DNA from: an uncultured virus (IMG/VR IMGVR_UViG_3300024359_000004)
Lineage: Duplodnaviria; Heunggongvirae; Uroviricota; Caudoviricetes
IMG/VR virus record: IMGVR_UViG_3300024359_000004
DNA length: 20,000 bases
Strand: one strand, 5' to 3'
Below the pieces are notes generated by a model. That model had not been told where the DNA came from. It saw only the letters and a program-made list of their open reading frames with translations, and made no database searches. The translations under genes and the position numbers were made by a program. Each line of letters opens with the position of its first letter. Within the stretch, counting starts at the first letter, position 1. This document shows, one piece after another, positions 8,354 to 18,755 of this stretch.

Positions 8354-11194
8354 TTAAATATCATCGAAACTTGCACCAGTGTTCATAATGTTGAACTCAA
8401 CACAAATGAATTCTAAAGCTCTTGTTGGTTTCAAGAAGATTCTACCACATAATTCGTTTCTATCTCTAGATTCTGGAGAATCATCAAGAACCACTCTAAA
8501 GTCTGTAAGACCTCTATCAGCTCTAATGTTATCTAAGATTGGGTTAACAAGACCTAAGAACTGGTTTCTTACGATATCATCATTTTGTTCGAATAACAAT
8601 CTGATTGATACAGCAGAAATTAATTTTCTAGCTTGTAATAAAAGTCTTCTAACATTAATTCTATTAAGAGCAGTATCTTTAACTTGAAGTGTTTTGTTAC
8701 CCCAAATCTTAATACCTTCTGAAGCGAAAGTAGCAATTGGGTTAACTCTACCATCGTAAAGAGTATCTCTTTCTGCAAGTGTTAATTTCTTTCTTGCTTT
8801 AATAGCTTGAACATCACCTCTGTTTACACCAGCAACTGCGAACCATGGGAATGAAATGTTGTCTGTAAGTGCAATGTTTCTTACTACGTCTCTTGTAGGT
8901 GGAACGTAAATGTAAACATTGTTTTCAGCATCATTAATCTGAATCCAAGGCCAGTAAGTAGCTGTATAGTTAGAGTCAAATTGACTATCAAGTGTATCAA
9001 CAACATCCTCTGGTAATAAAACATCACCAGCAGCATCTGTATCTGGAGTAGTAACAATATAAAGTGAATCCGCTCTATCTTGTTCTACCATTTCGATAGC
9101 TTCCTCTACTAAGTTACTATTATCAAAAGTATCGATACCTGGTGTAGAGAATATATTAACATTTGTAGCTTCTGGGTTTTTGAAAGTCCAAATAGCCTCT
9201 AAATATGCGTAGTAATCAGAGTTAATACCTGTATCACCATTTGTTAATGCTCTTTGTGTAAATACATCACTTGATAAACCAGCTTGACCAGCAGTACCAT
9301 TTATAATATACTTATCTCTATTTGTTCTTCTTGTTCTATGTACATCCCATCCATCAAAACCACCATATGGTGCGAATGTGAATTTTCTAGCATATACTTT
9401 TTCATAGTCAGTACCAACAACACCAGAATCACTCCTAAATTCAGCGTTACCTGTGTCAAATTCGTAAACTGGACTATAAGTACCACCAGTATTATTAATT
9501 ACGATTTCAACATTATCAATAGTTGCACCAGTAGCGTCAACATCCATATGGAAACCTTTAGTTAAACCAGTCCATTCATTTAAATCACCAACTGTTGGAA
9601 TACCCTTATAATCGAAAAAGTCTTGGTCAATACCTTTAGTCTCAGAAAGACCTAAATAGAATTTTCTCTTATTTTCGAAAGCACCATAAGTTTGTTTATA
9701 TTCAATTGTTGGTGTTTGAACTGAAGTGTTACCATTAGTTTGGTAATCTCTAACTGGGAATCCTACGAAACCAGCTGGGAACGCATCAGAAGTATCTGAT
9801 TCTTCCTCAAGTTCAATTAATACATAACTTGAACGTGAAGCAAATTCACCATCAAGTGTACCAACTCTCTTAGCAACATAGTTATTAGACGTTGGGTCCA
9901 TACTACATCTTGTAAATCTTTCAAATACTACAGGTTTAGCATCAGTATCATCATAAGCTCTGATTTCAATATCAAATTCTTTATCATTTAATCTAATATT
10001 CTTGATAGATATTTTAAATTGTCTGTTAGCAGCATCACCATCAGATATTGTGTGAAGTCTGAAAAGTCTTAATACCTTATTACCTCTTAACTCAGACACA
10101 ACCCAAGGACTAACCGCTGGTTGATATTCTTGTAAATAATCATTAAAGTCATCACCATAGTTAACTAATGAGTCAATATTAATACCTCTCACTTGGTCAT
10201 TATCAATATAGTCTTCTAACATTTCACTAAATAATTCTTCAACGAATAATGCAGTCTGACCATCTTGAGCAGCTCTACCTAATACTTTAGTAATATAATT
10301 ATTTTTAGTCTTATCAAGTGATAATGAATACGAGAAATTACCTTGAGTTGTAGAATCACCAGTGATTGTGAAATTACCTAATACATTAGATTCAGCTGTT
10401 GTAACTGAAGGGTCAAACCCTATATCAGTAGAACCTGTAATTTGATGTCTAACGAATTCATCAGCATCAACAGTTGCTCTACTTCTTAATAATGCAACAA
10501 TCTTATCTTCTACATTTGAGAACCCAGCTCCAGAGTAGTGAACTGTAACCCCTGAAGTTGTACCAGTTTGTAAAGAACCAAAAAGTCCTTCAGCAACTAC
10601 TTTATGATTAATACTAGCACCACTAAATGTATCACCAGACTTATCGAAAACAGGTCCTATAAGTGTTGGTGTAGCAGCAGTTGAAGCTGTAGCTAAATAC
10701 GCTAGTTCATTTGTTAATAAACCTTCATCCCATAATGATTGTACTAATGGGTCACTAGAAACAACAGTAGTAAGAGTACCACTATCAGCAGTATATGAAA
10801 TTAAAGTAGCATCTGTGATACCACCACCAGTAGTACCAGTAGTAGAACCATCTAAAGCTGCGTCAAGTGAAACACCCCAAGCTAAACCAGCATCATAACC
10901 AGAAAAACCAAGTACTCTTGTTACGAATAATTGGTTAGATTGTGATAAATACGATTTAGCGATGTAAGGTAATTCATATTTAGGCGCACCTGTATCTTTT
11001 ATTTTTGTAGCGTTGAGCCCACCAAAAAATGATGTGAACTCGTCATAGTTTGACACGAAAATCGGTTGGAAAGCTGGGCCCTTAGTTGTCTCACCAACTA
11101 AACCCAAAGTTGTTACACCAACTTGTCGCGTTACGAAAGTTAAGTCTCTTTCTGAAGTATAAACTCCAGGACTTACAAATACCTTATCAGCCAT
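8354..11194 (-). CDS. Contractile tail sheath protein (T4 gp18-like)
   Basis: 946 aa; N-terminal SPGVYTSERD...GETTKGPAFQP; C-terminal YTATYWPW, YVPPT, PWFAVAGVNRG, RDTLYDGRVNPI, IWGNKTLQ, LNRINVRRLLL, LFEQND, FLKPTRALEFI. Confidence 0.97.
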   Translation of the reverse strand: MADKVFVSPGVYTSERDLTFVTRQVGVTTLGLVGETTKGPAFQPIFVSNYDEFTSFFGGLNATKIKDTGAPKYELPYIAKSYLSQSNQLFVTRVLGFSGYDAGLAWGVSLDAALDGSTTGTTGGGITDATLISYTADSGTLTTVVSSDPLVQSLWDEGLLTNELAYLATASTAATPTLIGPVFDKSGDTFSGASINHKVVAEGLFGSLQTGTTSGVTVHYSGAGFSNVEDKIVALLRSRATVDADEFVRHQITGSTDIGFDPSVTTAESNVLGNFTITGDSTTQGNFSYSLSLDKTKNNYITKVLGRAAQDGQTALFVEELFSEMLEDYIDNDQVRGINIDSLVNYGDDFNDYLQEYQPAVSPWVVSELRGNKVLRLFRLHTISDGDAANRQFKISIKNIRLNDKEFDIEIRAYDDTDAKPVVFERFTRCSMDPTSNNYVAKRVGTLDGEFASRSSYVLIELEEESDTSDAFPAGFVGFPVRDYQTNGNTSVQTPTIEYKQTYGAFENKRKFYLGLSETKGIDQDFFDYKGIPTVGDLNEWTGLTKGFHMDVDATGATIDNVEIVINNTGGTYSPVYEFDTGNAEFRSDSGVVGTDYEKVYARKFTFAPYGGFDGWDVHRTRRTNRDKYIINGTAGQAGLSSDVFTQRALTNGDTGINSDYYAYLEAIWTFKNPEATNVNIFSTPGIDTFDNSNLVEEAIEMVEQDRADSLYIVTTPDTDAAGDVLLPEDVVDTLDSQFDSNYTATYWPWIQINDAENNVYIYVPPTRDVVRNIALTDNISFPWFAVAGVNRGDVQAIKARKKLTLAERDTLYDGRVNPIATFASEGIKIWGNKTLQVKDTALNRINVRRLLLQARKLISAVSIRLLFEQNDDIVRNQFLGLVNPILDNIRADRGLTDFRVVLDDSPESRDRNELCGRIFLKPTRALEFICVEFNIMNTGASFDDI

Positions 11195-11237
11195 TCTTTA
11201 CTTATTTTAAATTTTTATTATTTTCAGTTATCTAATA

Positions 11238-11245
11238 ATAAATAT
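11238..11245 (-). promoter_or_regulatory. Putative phage late promoter ATATTTAT (representative copy, upstream of sheath)
   Basis: Same sense-strand motif 4-45 nt upstream of eight starts: 794-801 (GTATTTAT), 5191-5198, 6651-6658, 7638-7645, 8249-8256, 11238-11245, 11527-11534 (+), 18629-18636. Confidence 0.7.
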
Positions 11246-11268
11246 GTAGTAAAAAACCAAAAGAATTT

Positions 11269-11291
11269 ATATGGTCTTAAAAAGACCATAT
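11269..11291. promoter_or_regulatory. Perfect 10-bp inverted repeat in divergent intergenic region (candidate operator)
   Basis: ATATGGTCTT-aaa-AAGACCATAT between the sheath start and the RHH-like gene. Confidence 0.5.
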
Positions 11292-11345
11292 TTAATGAGC
11301 TTTTTTTCTTACTTTTGTCATACTTATATATAAATACTATATATT

Positions 11346-11501
11346 ATGTCTATAAAACGTACAAAAAACCTTAAAATCACGCCAAACACACATAAGGCGC
11401 TTAAAGAATATTGTCAGGAAAACGGTCTTAAGATGTTCGCATTTGTTGAAAAAATAATCAAGGAGTCATGTAAAAAACCAACTGACATTTATGGTGAGTA
11501 A
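11346..11501 (+). CDS. Small ribbon-helix-helix-like DNA-binding protein
   Basis: Not in the ORF track; hand-translated 51 aa MSIKRTKNLKITPNTHKALKEYCQENGLKMFAFVEKIIKESCKKPTDIYGE. Alternating strand (KNLKI), helix, G turn, helix fits the RHH pattern. Confidence 0.75.
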   Translation: MSIKRTKNLKITPNTHKALKEYCQENGLKMFAFVEKIIKESCKKPTDIYGE

Positions 11502-11538
11502 TTTTAATTTTTATTAGTATTATAACATATTTATAAAT

Positions 11539-12729
<1,191 letters not shown>

Positions 12730-12734
12730 AAAAT

Positions 12735-13574
12735 ATGAAAGATTTAATAAAACTTTATGAAAACTTTTGTTTTTTAAAGGGTATCCCTTTTAAATTAGAT
12801 GATAGTGTTAAGAGTTATGATGATACAACTCTTTTTTGTCCAGCTGGTATGCAACAATTTAAGGACAAATTTAAAAATCCTGACAACACCACAATAGCAA
12901 ATATTCAATCTTGTATTAGACTTAATGATTTGGATGAAATTGGTGATGGCACCCATATGTTACATTTTAAAATGATTGGGTTATTTTCTTTTGGTGAAAT
13001 GACACTTAATGAGGCTGTTGATTTTTGGGTGGAGTTTATTAGGGGTTACTTAGGTATAAAGATTGATTATGTTACGATTCATCCAGATAAATTTGATAAT
13101 TGGAAGTGGTTATATGAACGTCATCGTATCCCTATTAAATTAGATAGTGAATGTATTTGGTCTGATGGTGAAATGGGTGGTTATTGTACAGAGTTTTATC
13201 ATGATAATGTTGAGATTGGTAATATCGTAAATACAATGGATAAGTTTATTGATGTTGGTTTTGGATTCTCCAGAATTAATGATATTATTAATGGTAAAAA
13301 TGAATTAACAAAAAACGATATACTTATTGACGCTATTAACAAGATAATTGAATCTGGATTTAAACCAGGACCACAAAAACAAGGTTACATACTTAGGAAA
13401 CTTCTCAGACAACTATATGTAGGTGGTGGTAGTATTGAACACCCATTATTTACAAAAGAGGTTGAAAGACAAGAAAAGGCTAAGGTTAGATACGAAAGAC
13501 TTAAAGATAAACATTCTGATAAACCAAAAGAATGGTGGTTTGATACTCATGGTATTGACTTAGACGAAATGTAA
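12735..13574 (+). CDS. alaS: Miniature alanyl-tRNA synthetase-like protein (catalytic plus compacted tRNA-recognition region; no editing or C-Ala domain)
   Basis: Collinear AlaRS motifs: DTTLFCPAGMQQFK, QSCIRLNDLDEIG..H..HFKMIGLFSFG, W...GGYCTEFY, EIGNIV, IDVGFGFSRI, GFKPGPQKQGYILRKLLR, FDTHGI; only 279 aa. Confidence 0.88.
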   Translation: MKDLIKLYENFCFLKGIPFKLDDSVKSYDDTTLFCPAGMQQFKDKFKNPDNTTIANIQSCIRLNDLDEIGDGTHMLHFKMIGLFSFGEMTLNEAVDFWVEFIRGYLGIKIDYVTIHPDKFDNWKWLYERHRIPIKLDSECIWSDGEMGGYCTEFYHDNVEIGNIVNTMDKFIDVGFGFSRINDIINGKNELTKNDILIDAINKIIESGFKPGPQKQGYILRKLLRQLYVGGGSIEHPLFTKEVERQEKAKVRYERLKDKHSDKPKEWWFDTHGIDLDEM

Positions 13575-13623
13575 TCTAATTACCCTTAATTCAGTGTAAT
13601 TAATTTAACACAACAGAATAATT

Positions 13624-14304
13624 ATGAATATAATATTATTAATAAGAAGTTATGATAGAGGTAATTACTTAATAAATACGATATCTTCTATAATTAAATC
13701 AGATATTAATTTATGCGATAAAAGATACATATATGACGATAACTCAAAAGATAAAATAGTAAAAGAAATATTAGAAGGAAAAGATTTAAAATTACCAAAC
13801 AAAGAATTTGATGTAGTTATTGGTGATAAAAATTTAGGTTGTAAGTATTCATTCATAGAAGCATTAAAACATATTAAAAACGAAAATAAAGATAATAAAG
13901 ATTATCTAGTTATTACTATTGATAATGATGTTATAGTCCAGAAAGACTGGATTAATAAAACATTAGATATGTATGATAAAATAAAAAATATCTTTAATAC
14001 TGATAATTTTTTATTAACAGGTTTTAACCCAACAAACTCTCATTTAAACATGATTAAAGATTATGGTAATTTCTACCAAAAAGAAACTTGTGGCGGTATT
14101 AATTTAATATTCCATAGTAATATGATAGATTTTATTATGGAAGGATGGGAGAAAGGTGATAATGACTGGGGTGTTATAGATAAATTAAAAGAGAAAGGAT
14201 TTCCCTTATTTTGTTTTAAAGAATCTATAATTAACCACATAGGTAAGTTAGGTTTATTTTCAGGTAATTTGGGTTATGACGTAGATAAAAAATTTAAACC
14301 TTAA
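13624..14304 (+). CDS. Glycosyltransferase, GT2-like (GT-A fold)
   Basis: ILLIRSYDRGNYLINTISSI, YIYDDNSKD, TIDNDVI (DxD), C-terminal HIG. Confidence 0.85.
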   Translation: MNIILLIRSYDRGNYLINTISSIIKSDINLCDKRYIYDDNSKDKIVKEILEGKDLKLPNKEFDVVIGDKNLGCKYSFIEALKHIKNENKDNKDYLVITIDNDVIVQKDWINKTLDMYDKIKNIFNTDNFLLTGFNPTNSHLNMIKDYGNFYQKETCGGINLIFHSNMIDFIMEGWEKGDNDWGVIDKLKEKGFPLFCFKESIINHIGKLGLFSGNLGYDVDKKFKP

Positions 14305-14936
14305 ATATCGTAACCATATTTTTTAGATATTCCTTTTAATTCATTATATAACTTACTATTTTTAATATCATTTATTAAAGTTTCGTTATCTATTTTTATC
14401 ACCTTTTCTTCTTTTTTTGTGTTTACCTTTTTATCTAATGGTTTTATTTTTTTACCTAAAAATTTGGATAGTGAATCATAATTAATATCCTCTAAATTTA
14501 ATATTAATCTGTTTAAATTATAACCCTCAATCATTTTAATCCAACCAATGTAATAAGACATAGTTTTTTCAACTGAGGATTCATAATTTAAATCTACATA
14601 TTTTTTAATTAATTGCACATATTCTGAGTTTTTCATATTTTCATCACTAAAAACATCTAATTCAACCCATGATTTAATCACATTTATTGGGTTTCTAACT
14701 ATATGGATAAATTTTATATTTTCGTTATATCCTTTAATTGTTGTTATAAAAGGTACCGATAACCAACTACTCTCTGATTTTAAATTGCTAGTTATAATTT
14801 GTTTTCTATAAGATTCAAGTGTTGCTGGAACACCAAAAACAGATTCGTGACCGCAACGAATATTATTCATAGTCAAAAGCTCTGACATAAATCCAGTCCC
14901 ACTCCTACCTGTTCCAATAATTAAATAATCAATCAT
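14301..14936 (-). CDS. Sulfotransferase family protein
   Basis: IIGTGRSGTGFMSELL (5'-PSB loop), GHE, FIHIVRNPINVIKS (3'-PB motif); its stop shares the palindrome TTAA (14301-14304) with the convergent GT2 gene. Confidence 0.8.
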   Translation of the reverse strand: MIDYLIIGTGRSGTGFMSELLTMNNIRCGHESVFGVPATLESYRKQIITSNLKSESSWLSVPFITTIKGYNENIKFIHIVRNPINVIKSWVELDVFSDENMKNSEYVQLIKKYVDLNYESSVEKTMSYYIGWIKMIEGYNLNRLILNLEDINYDSLSKFLGKKIKPLDKKVNTKKEEKVIKIDNETLINDIKNSKLYNELKGISKKYGYDI

Positions 14937-14949
14937 ACTTCAAATTTTT

Positions 14950-17900
14950 TTAAAAATCCCAACCATCCCTTAAATGACATCTTACATAACCAAATAAATG
15001 TATTTGTTTACCATTTTTATATTTGTCTAACATAGTTTTATAAAACAAGATATCCTCACTTGTATTACCTTCACTAACTACATTAGTCCATTTAACATCA
15101 CATGTTTTTTTATGTGATATTAAACCAGGTGATTGTAAAATCAAACTTCTTTTAACATAACTCCTAACCCACCTACTATCTAATCCATTAATCAAAGATG
15201 ATTTATTAGTTAAATGTCTATCAAAAAGCACATTATAAAATTTAACCTTATTAGGTGTTAATACCGCAAAATTATCCCACCAACATCTATTTATTATCCA
15301 ATCTAAATTAAAATTATATTCCCAATACTTTAAAAGTATCTCTAAATAATTTTTTGTTAAAAAATCATCACTATCCATATAAGTTATAATATCACCCTCA
15401 GACATATCAACACCTATTTGTCTAGGTTCACCAACATAATTTATAGTTTCAGAGTCTTTTTCATACATTTTTTTTGAGCTATTCTCATATAACTTAAATT
15501 TAACTCTATCATTTTCCTTATAATTTTCATTATATAATTTTTCAGTAATTTTACAATTATCTGAAATAACAATTAACTCTGTATTCTTATTAGTTTGGCT
15601 TAAAAATGAGTTAACCGCCCTAATAAACTTTCTTTCTGGTTCAGTTCTACTCCCTGGGTAATCACCTAAATAAGATTGCATTACAACGGATATTTTTATA
15701 CCTTTCTTACGATTGTAAGATTTTCTCCAATGCCCTACATGATTATGTATAAAATATTCATCACATTCATTTTTGGTTAAATATTTTGGTTTATCATCTA
15801 ACTTGTCAAAAACCTCACTTACAACGTCTGGACCAGTTGTATACAAAATGTCATAATCTTCCTTTATCTCTAAATCTTTTCTTTCCTTACACAAATCTAA
15901 TATTTTTTGCATATTTTTAGAATGTGGTTTAGACATCATAAAATAGTTTGAAATCCTAAGATTACATTCAGGTATATTATTTCTAATAGGTAATTTTTTA
16001 GTGGTTTCACAAAAATAATCATCAGTTGTTGTCTCCTCAAAAAATAAGTCTTCTAAATGATTATTTTCTTCATATGTTTTATAAAACCCTTTTTTACTTA
16101 ATATATCTAAATCAACATATATACCACCAAAATACTTTAAAATGATATATCTAGCATAATCAGATTTTTGTATATTATGTACATAACCTGTGTAAATATC
16201 TACCTCTTCCTCATTCATTATTTTTAAAACATCACTTTCCCTCCAAAGTATTGTATGAAAGTTTGGGTTATATTTTTTAAACTCTTTTAAATCTGTTCTT
16301 GAGTTACTTGGGTATTCATTATCATATAACAAAAGTCTATGAATTATTGGTGGTATTTTATCTTGATTCTTATATTCTTTTAAAATGTAATTTACCCCCA
16401 TAAAATCATGATAAAAATCATAAGACACTTCTTCATTAGTTTCTTCTGAGTCAGACTTAATAACATCAACCAGTGAAGTCTTTGGTGATAATATCATACC
16501 TTCATTTTCCTTTAAGTATTCTCTAATTAATAGTTTATAATTTTCACTATTAAATAAATCTTTTAAACCCTCATATAATTCAGACTTAAACCCAATATTT
16601 TTAAAATCTAAATTAGAATGTGCTATATAATCCTTTTTAAAATGAATAACCTTACGTAAAGTTTCATTAGTTAAATCTTTAACAAAACCAGTTATTATAG
16701 AATTATCATATAGTTTATCACTAAAATACTCAAATGTTTTAAATAATTCAACTAACCAATCTTGTCTCATTATTAAATCATTATCTAACTTTATTAAGTA
16801 ATCACACTTAAAGTTATTATATAGAATATCTAAACCTAATTTTTGATTTTGAAGTTTTGTATCTTTATTTGTTTTTGAAATTTTAATAGTATTAAATTTT
16901 GTGAATTTATAATTATTAATTAAATCTATAACATCTTTAGGTAAATGGTTATCACATATAAATAAAACTAATAATTTTTTATTTATAATCACATTATTTA
17001 AACTATCTAACATTTTTTTAGTTATATGATAATTATCAGTTATGTGAATAAATAAACCACTATCATATTCTAAATTAATATTTTGATATTCTTCTGGTGT
17101 GTAACCCTTATCATTTATTAAAACACCATCAAAAGAATCGAATAAAGGTAAATTGTTTTTAGTGTTAAGGTTGAAATATGAAACACCTTCGTATTTTTTA
17201 CTATATTTTATTATTCTTTCATAAAGGTTATTATAACCCCATGTATTATCTGAATGGACTCTATAAACATAAAGTTCTGGTTTATATAAGACTGATAAAT
17301 CGTCTTTTATATTTTCAATAAAAGTAGTATCTTCACCTTTTTTTAACGATGGATATAAAGTTTTAAGTTCGGACTTTTTATACATAAAAGAACCCTCCCA
17401 ACCAATAAATGAAATTCTTTTACATTCTAATAATTCATTTTTTACATTATCATAAACTAACCAACTACTTAATATTGACCCATTTTTATTATTTATTTTT
17501 AAGTCTCTAAATTGTTCCCAAAGTCTTAAAGGGTGATACCAATCATCATCGTCCCATTGACATACATATTCACCACTAGATTCATTTATAGATATATTTC
17601 TTAACTCACCTAAAGTTTTTTTATTTTTTGATGAATCTACTTCAATAAATTTAATATCGATATTATTTTTAAATTCTTTAATTACCTTGTTTATCTCAGT
17701 ATTATCGTTCTCGTAAATAATTATTAATTCCTTATTTGGGTATATTTGTTTATTATAACATGTTATAGTGTTTTTTAATAAATCATAACCATTTTTAGTG
17801 ACACATAAACAAGATATTTTAGGTAATAAAACCATCCCACTTTTTTTGTAATATTCTTTAGTATGGTTTGAATTTTCACTATAATTTAAATTTAATAAAT

Positions 17901-18618
17901 CATGAATTGCCACCACTTTTTTTATGTATTCCAATGAAGAGTAATGTTTATCTTGCCACCAAGTACCATCATATAAATGCATTAAGTATGAATATTGAAC
18001 GTTTTTTGAAATAACCCCATTTGATATTTCATAAAAAGTCATAGGGTTAAAATATAAATTATCTAAAATAGTTATTTCATTTTTATTTTCATATCTTTCA
18101 TAAACCCTATTAAAAAAAAGAGGCCCAGTCATATTTAAAACATCATCAGTATCGTTTGAATTAATTTTATCTGAATCTATGTTTCTAACAATATCATCTA
18201 TCAATTCTTTTATAAAACTAGTATTAGGTTTGGAAATAATTACAGCATTAGATAGAATATAGTCAGTGTTAAAATTTAAAGCGTTTTTCCTATCCTCCTC
18301 ACATATAACAACATCATTTATATTCAATAAATCTTCAATACTCTTTAAAGGTAATACATCTAAATCAACATATATCCCACCAAATTTATAAACATATAAG
18401 AGTCTTATAAAATCTAACTTCATAACAACCCTATCAAATTTATCTATAATGATTTTATATTGTGGAAAATATTTATTTACAAACGATTCATTAGTTTTAT
18501 CACTATAGAATTTTACTTTTAACCCTTTATTTAATAAAACCCACCTCTTTAAAATGAATTCTTGTTTTTCTGTTAAGTTTTCATCTTTCCAAGTAATATG
18601 TAATATTTTATTGTTCAT
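14950..18618 (-). CDS. Five-domain glycosyltransferase polyprotein (GT32-GT2-GT2-GT32-GT2)
   Basis: 1222 aa; two Och1/GT32-like domains (D..R....K.GGIYVDLD, TGP) and three GT2-like domains (KISCLCVT...QWDDDDWY; KLDNDLIMRQDW; KISVVMQSY...YMDSDDF). Confidence 0.88.
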   Translation of the reverse strand: MNNKILHITWKDENLTEKQEFILKRWVLLNKGLKVKFYSDKTNESFVNKYFPQYKIIIDKFDRVVMKLDFIRLLYVYKFGGIYVDLDVLPLKSIEDLLNINDVVICEEDRKNALNFNTDYILSNAVIISKPNTSFIKELIDDIVRNIDSDKINSNDTDDVLNMTGPLFFNRVYERYENKNEITILDNLYFNPMTFYEISNGVISKNVQYSYLMHLYDGTWWQDKHYSSLEYIKKVVAIHDLLNLNYSENSNHTKEYYKKSGMVLLPKISCLCVTKNGYDLLKNTITCYNKQIYPNKELIIIYENDNTEINKVIKEFKNNIDIKFIEVDSSKNKKTLGELRNISINESSGEYVCQWDDDDWYHPLRLWEQFRDLKINNKNGSILSSWLVYDNVKNELLECKRISFIGWEGSFMYKKSELKTLYPSLKKGEDTTFIENIKDDLSVLYKPELYVYRVHSDNTWGYNNLYERIIKYSKKYEGVSYFNLNTKNNLPLFDSFDGVLINDKGYTPEEYQNINLEYDSGLFIHITDNYHITKKMLDSLNNVIINKKLLVLFICDNHLPKDVIDLINNYKFTKFNTIKISKTNKDTKLQNQKLGLDILYNNFKCDYLIKLDNDLIMRQDWLVELFKTFEYFSDKLYDNSIITGFVKDLTNETLRKVIHFKKDYIAHSNLDFKNIGFKSELYEGLKDLFNSENYKLLIREYLKENEGMILSPKTSLVDVIKSDSEETNEEVSYDFYHDFMGVNYILKEYKNQDKIPPIIHRLLLYDNEYPSNSRTDLKEFKKYNPNFHTILWRESDVLKIMNEEEVDIYTGYVHNIQKSDYARYIILKYFGGIYVDLDILSKKGFYKTYEENNHLEDLFFEETTTDDYFCETTKKLPIRNNIPECNLRISNYFMMSKPHSKNMQKILDLCKERKDLEIKEDYDILYTTGPDVVSEVFDKLDDKPKYLTKNECDEYFIHNHVGHWRKSYNRKKGIKISVVMQSYLGDYPGSRTEPERKFIRAVNSFLSQTNKNTELIVISDNCKITEKLYNENYKENDRVKFKLYENSSKKMYEKDSETINYVGEPRQIGVDMSEGDIITYMDSDDFLTKNYLEILLKYWEYNFNLDWIINRCWWDNFAVLTPNKVKFYNVLFDRHLTNKSSLINGLDSRWVRSYVKRSLILQSPGLISHKKTCDVKWTNVVSEGNTSEDILFYKTMLDKYKNGKQIHLFGYVRCHLRDGWDF

Positions 18619-18668
18619 ATCTTTCTATATAAATATTATCTTTTTAATTAAAATAATTTTAATACAAT

Positions 18669-18703
18669 AAAAAAAGGGAGTCCCGAAAGACTCCCCTTTT
18701 TTT
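18669..18703 (-). terminator. Intrinsic terminator with UUCG loop after the fibre-like gene
   Basis: Minus strand GGGAGTCT-TTCG-GGACTCCC-T7; also T-tailed on the plus strand. Confidence 0.9.
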
Positions 18704-18755
18704 GTATATGAAATAAATTAATATTTACATATTAGAATAAATAATCAAATGATTA

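Noticed and set aside
4985..9565. Other short overlapping ORFs (4985, 5376, 6121, 6200, 7922, 8379, 9284, 9301)
   Set aside because: They overlap well-supported genes in antisense or alternative frames; poly-Ile tracts simply mirror the AAT repeat at 6281-6304.
1..11194. Bacterial extracellular contractile injection system or tailocin rather than a phage
   Set aside because: Per-gene late-type motifs, moron-like insertions, single tube and sheath genes and no bacterial housekeeping context favour a large phage. No capsid gene is in the window, so this is not formally excluded.
13575..13623. Weak inverted repeat TAATTAC...GTAATTA between mini-AlaRS and GT2
   Set aside because: Short, AT-rich, no U-tail; compatible with chance.
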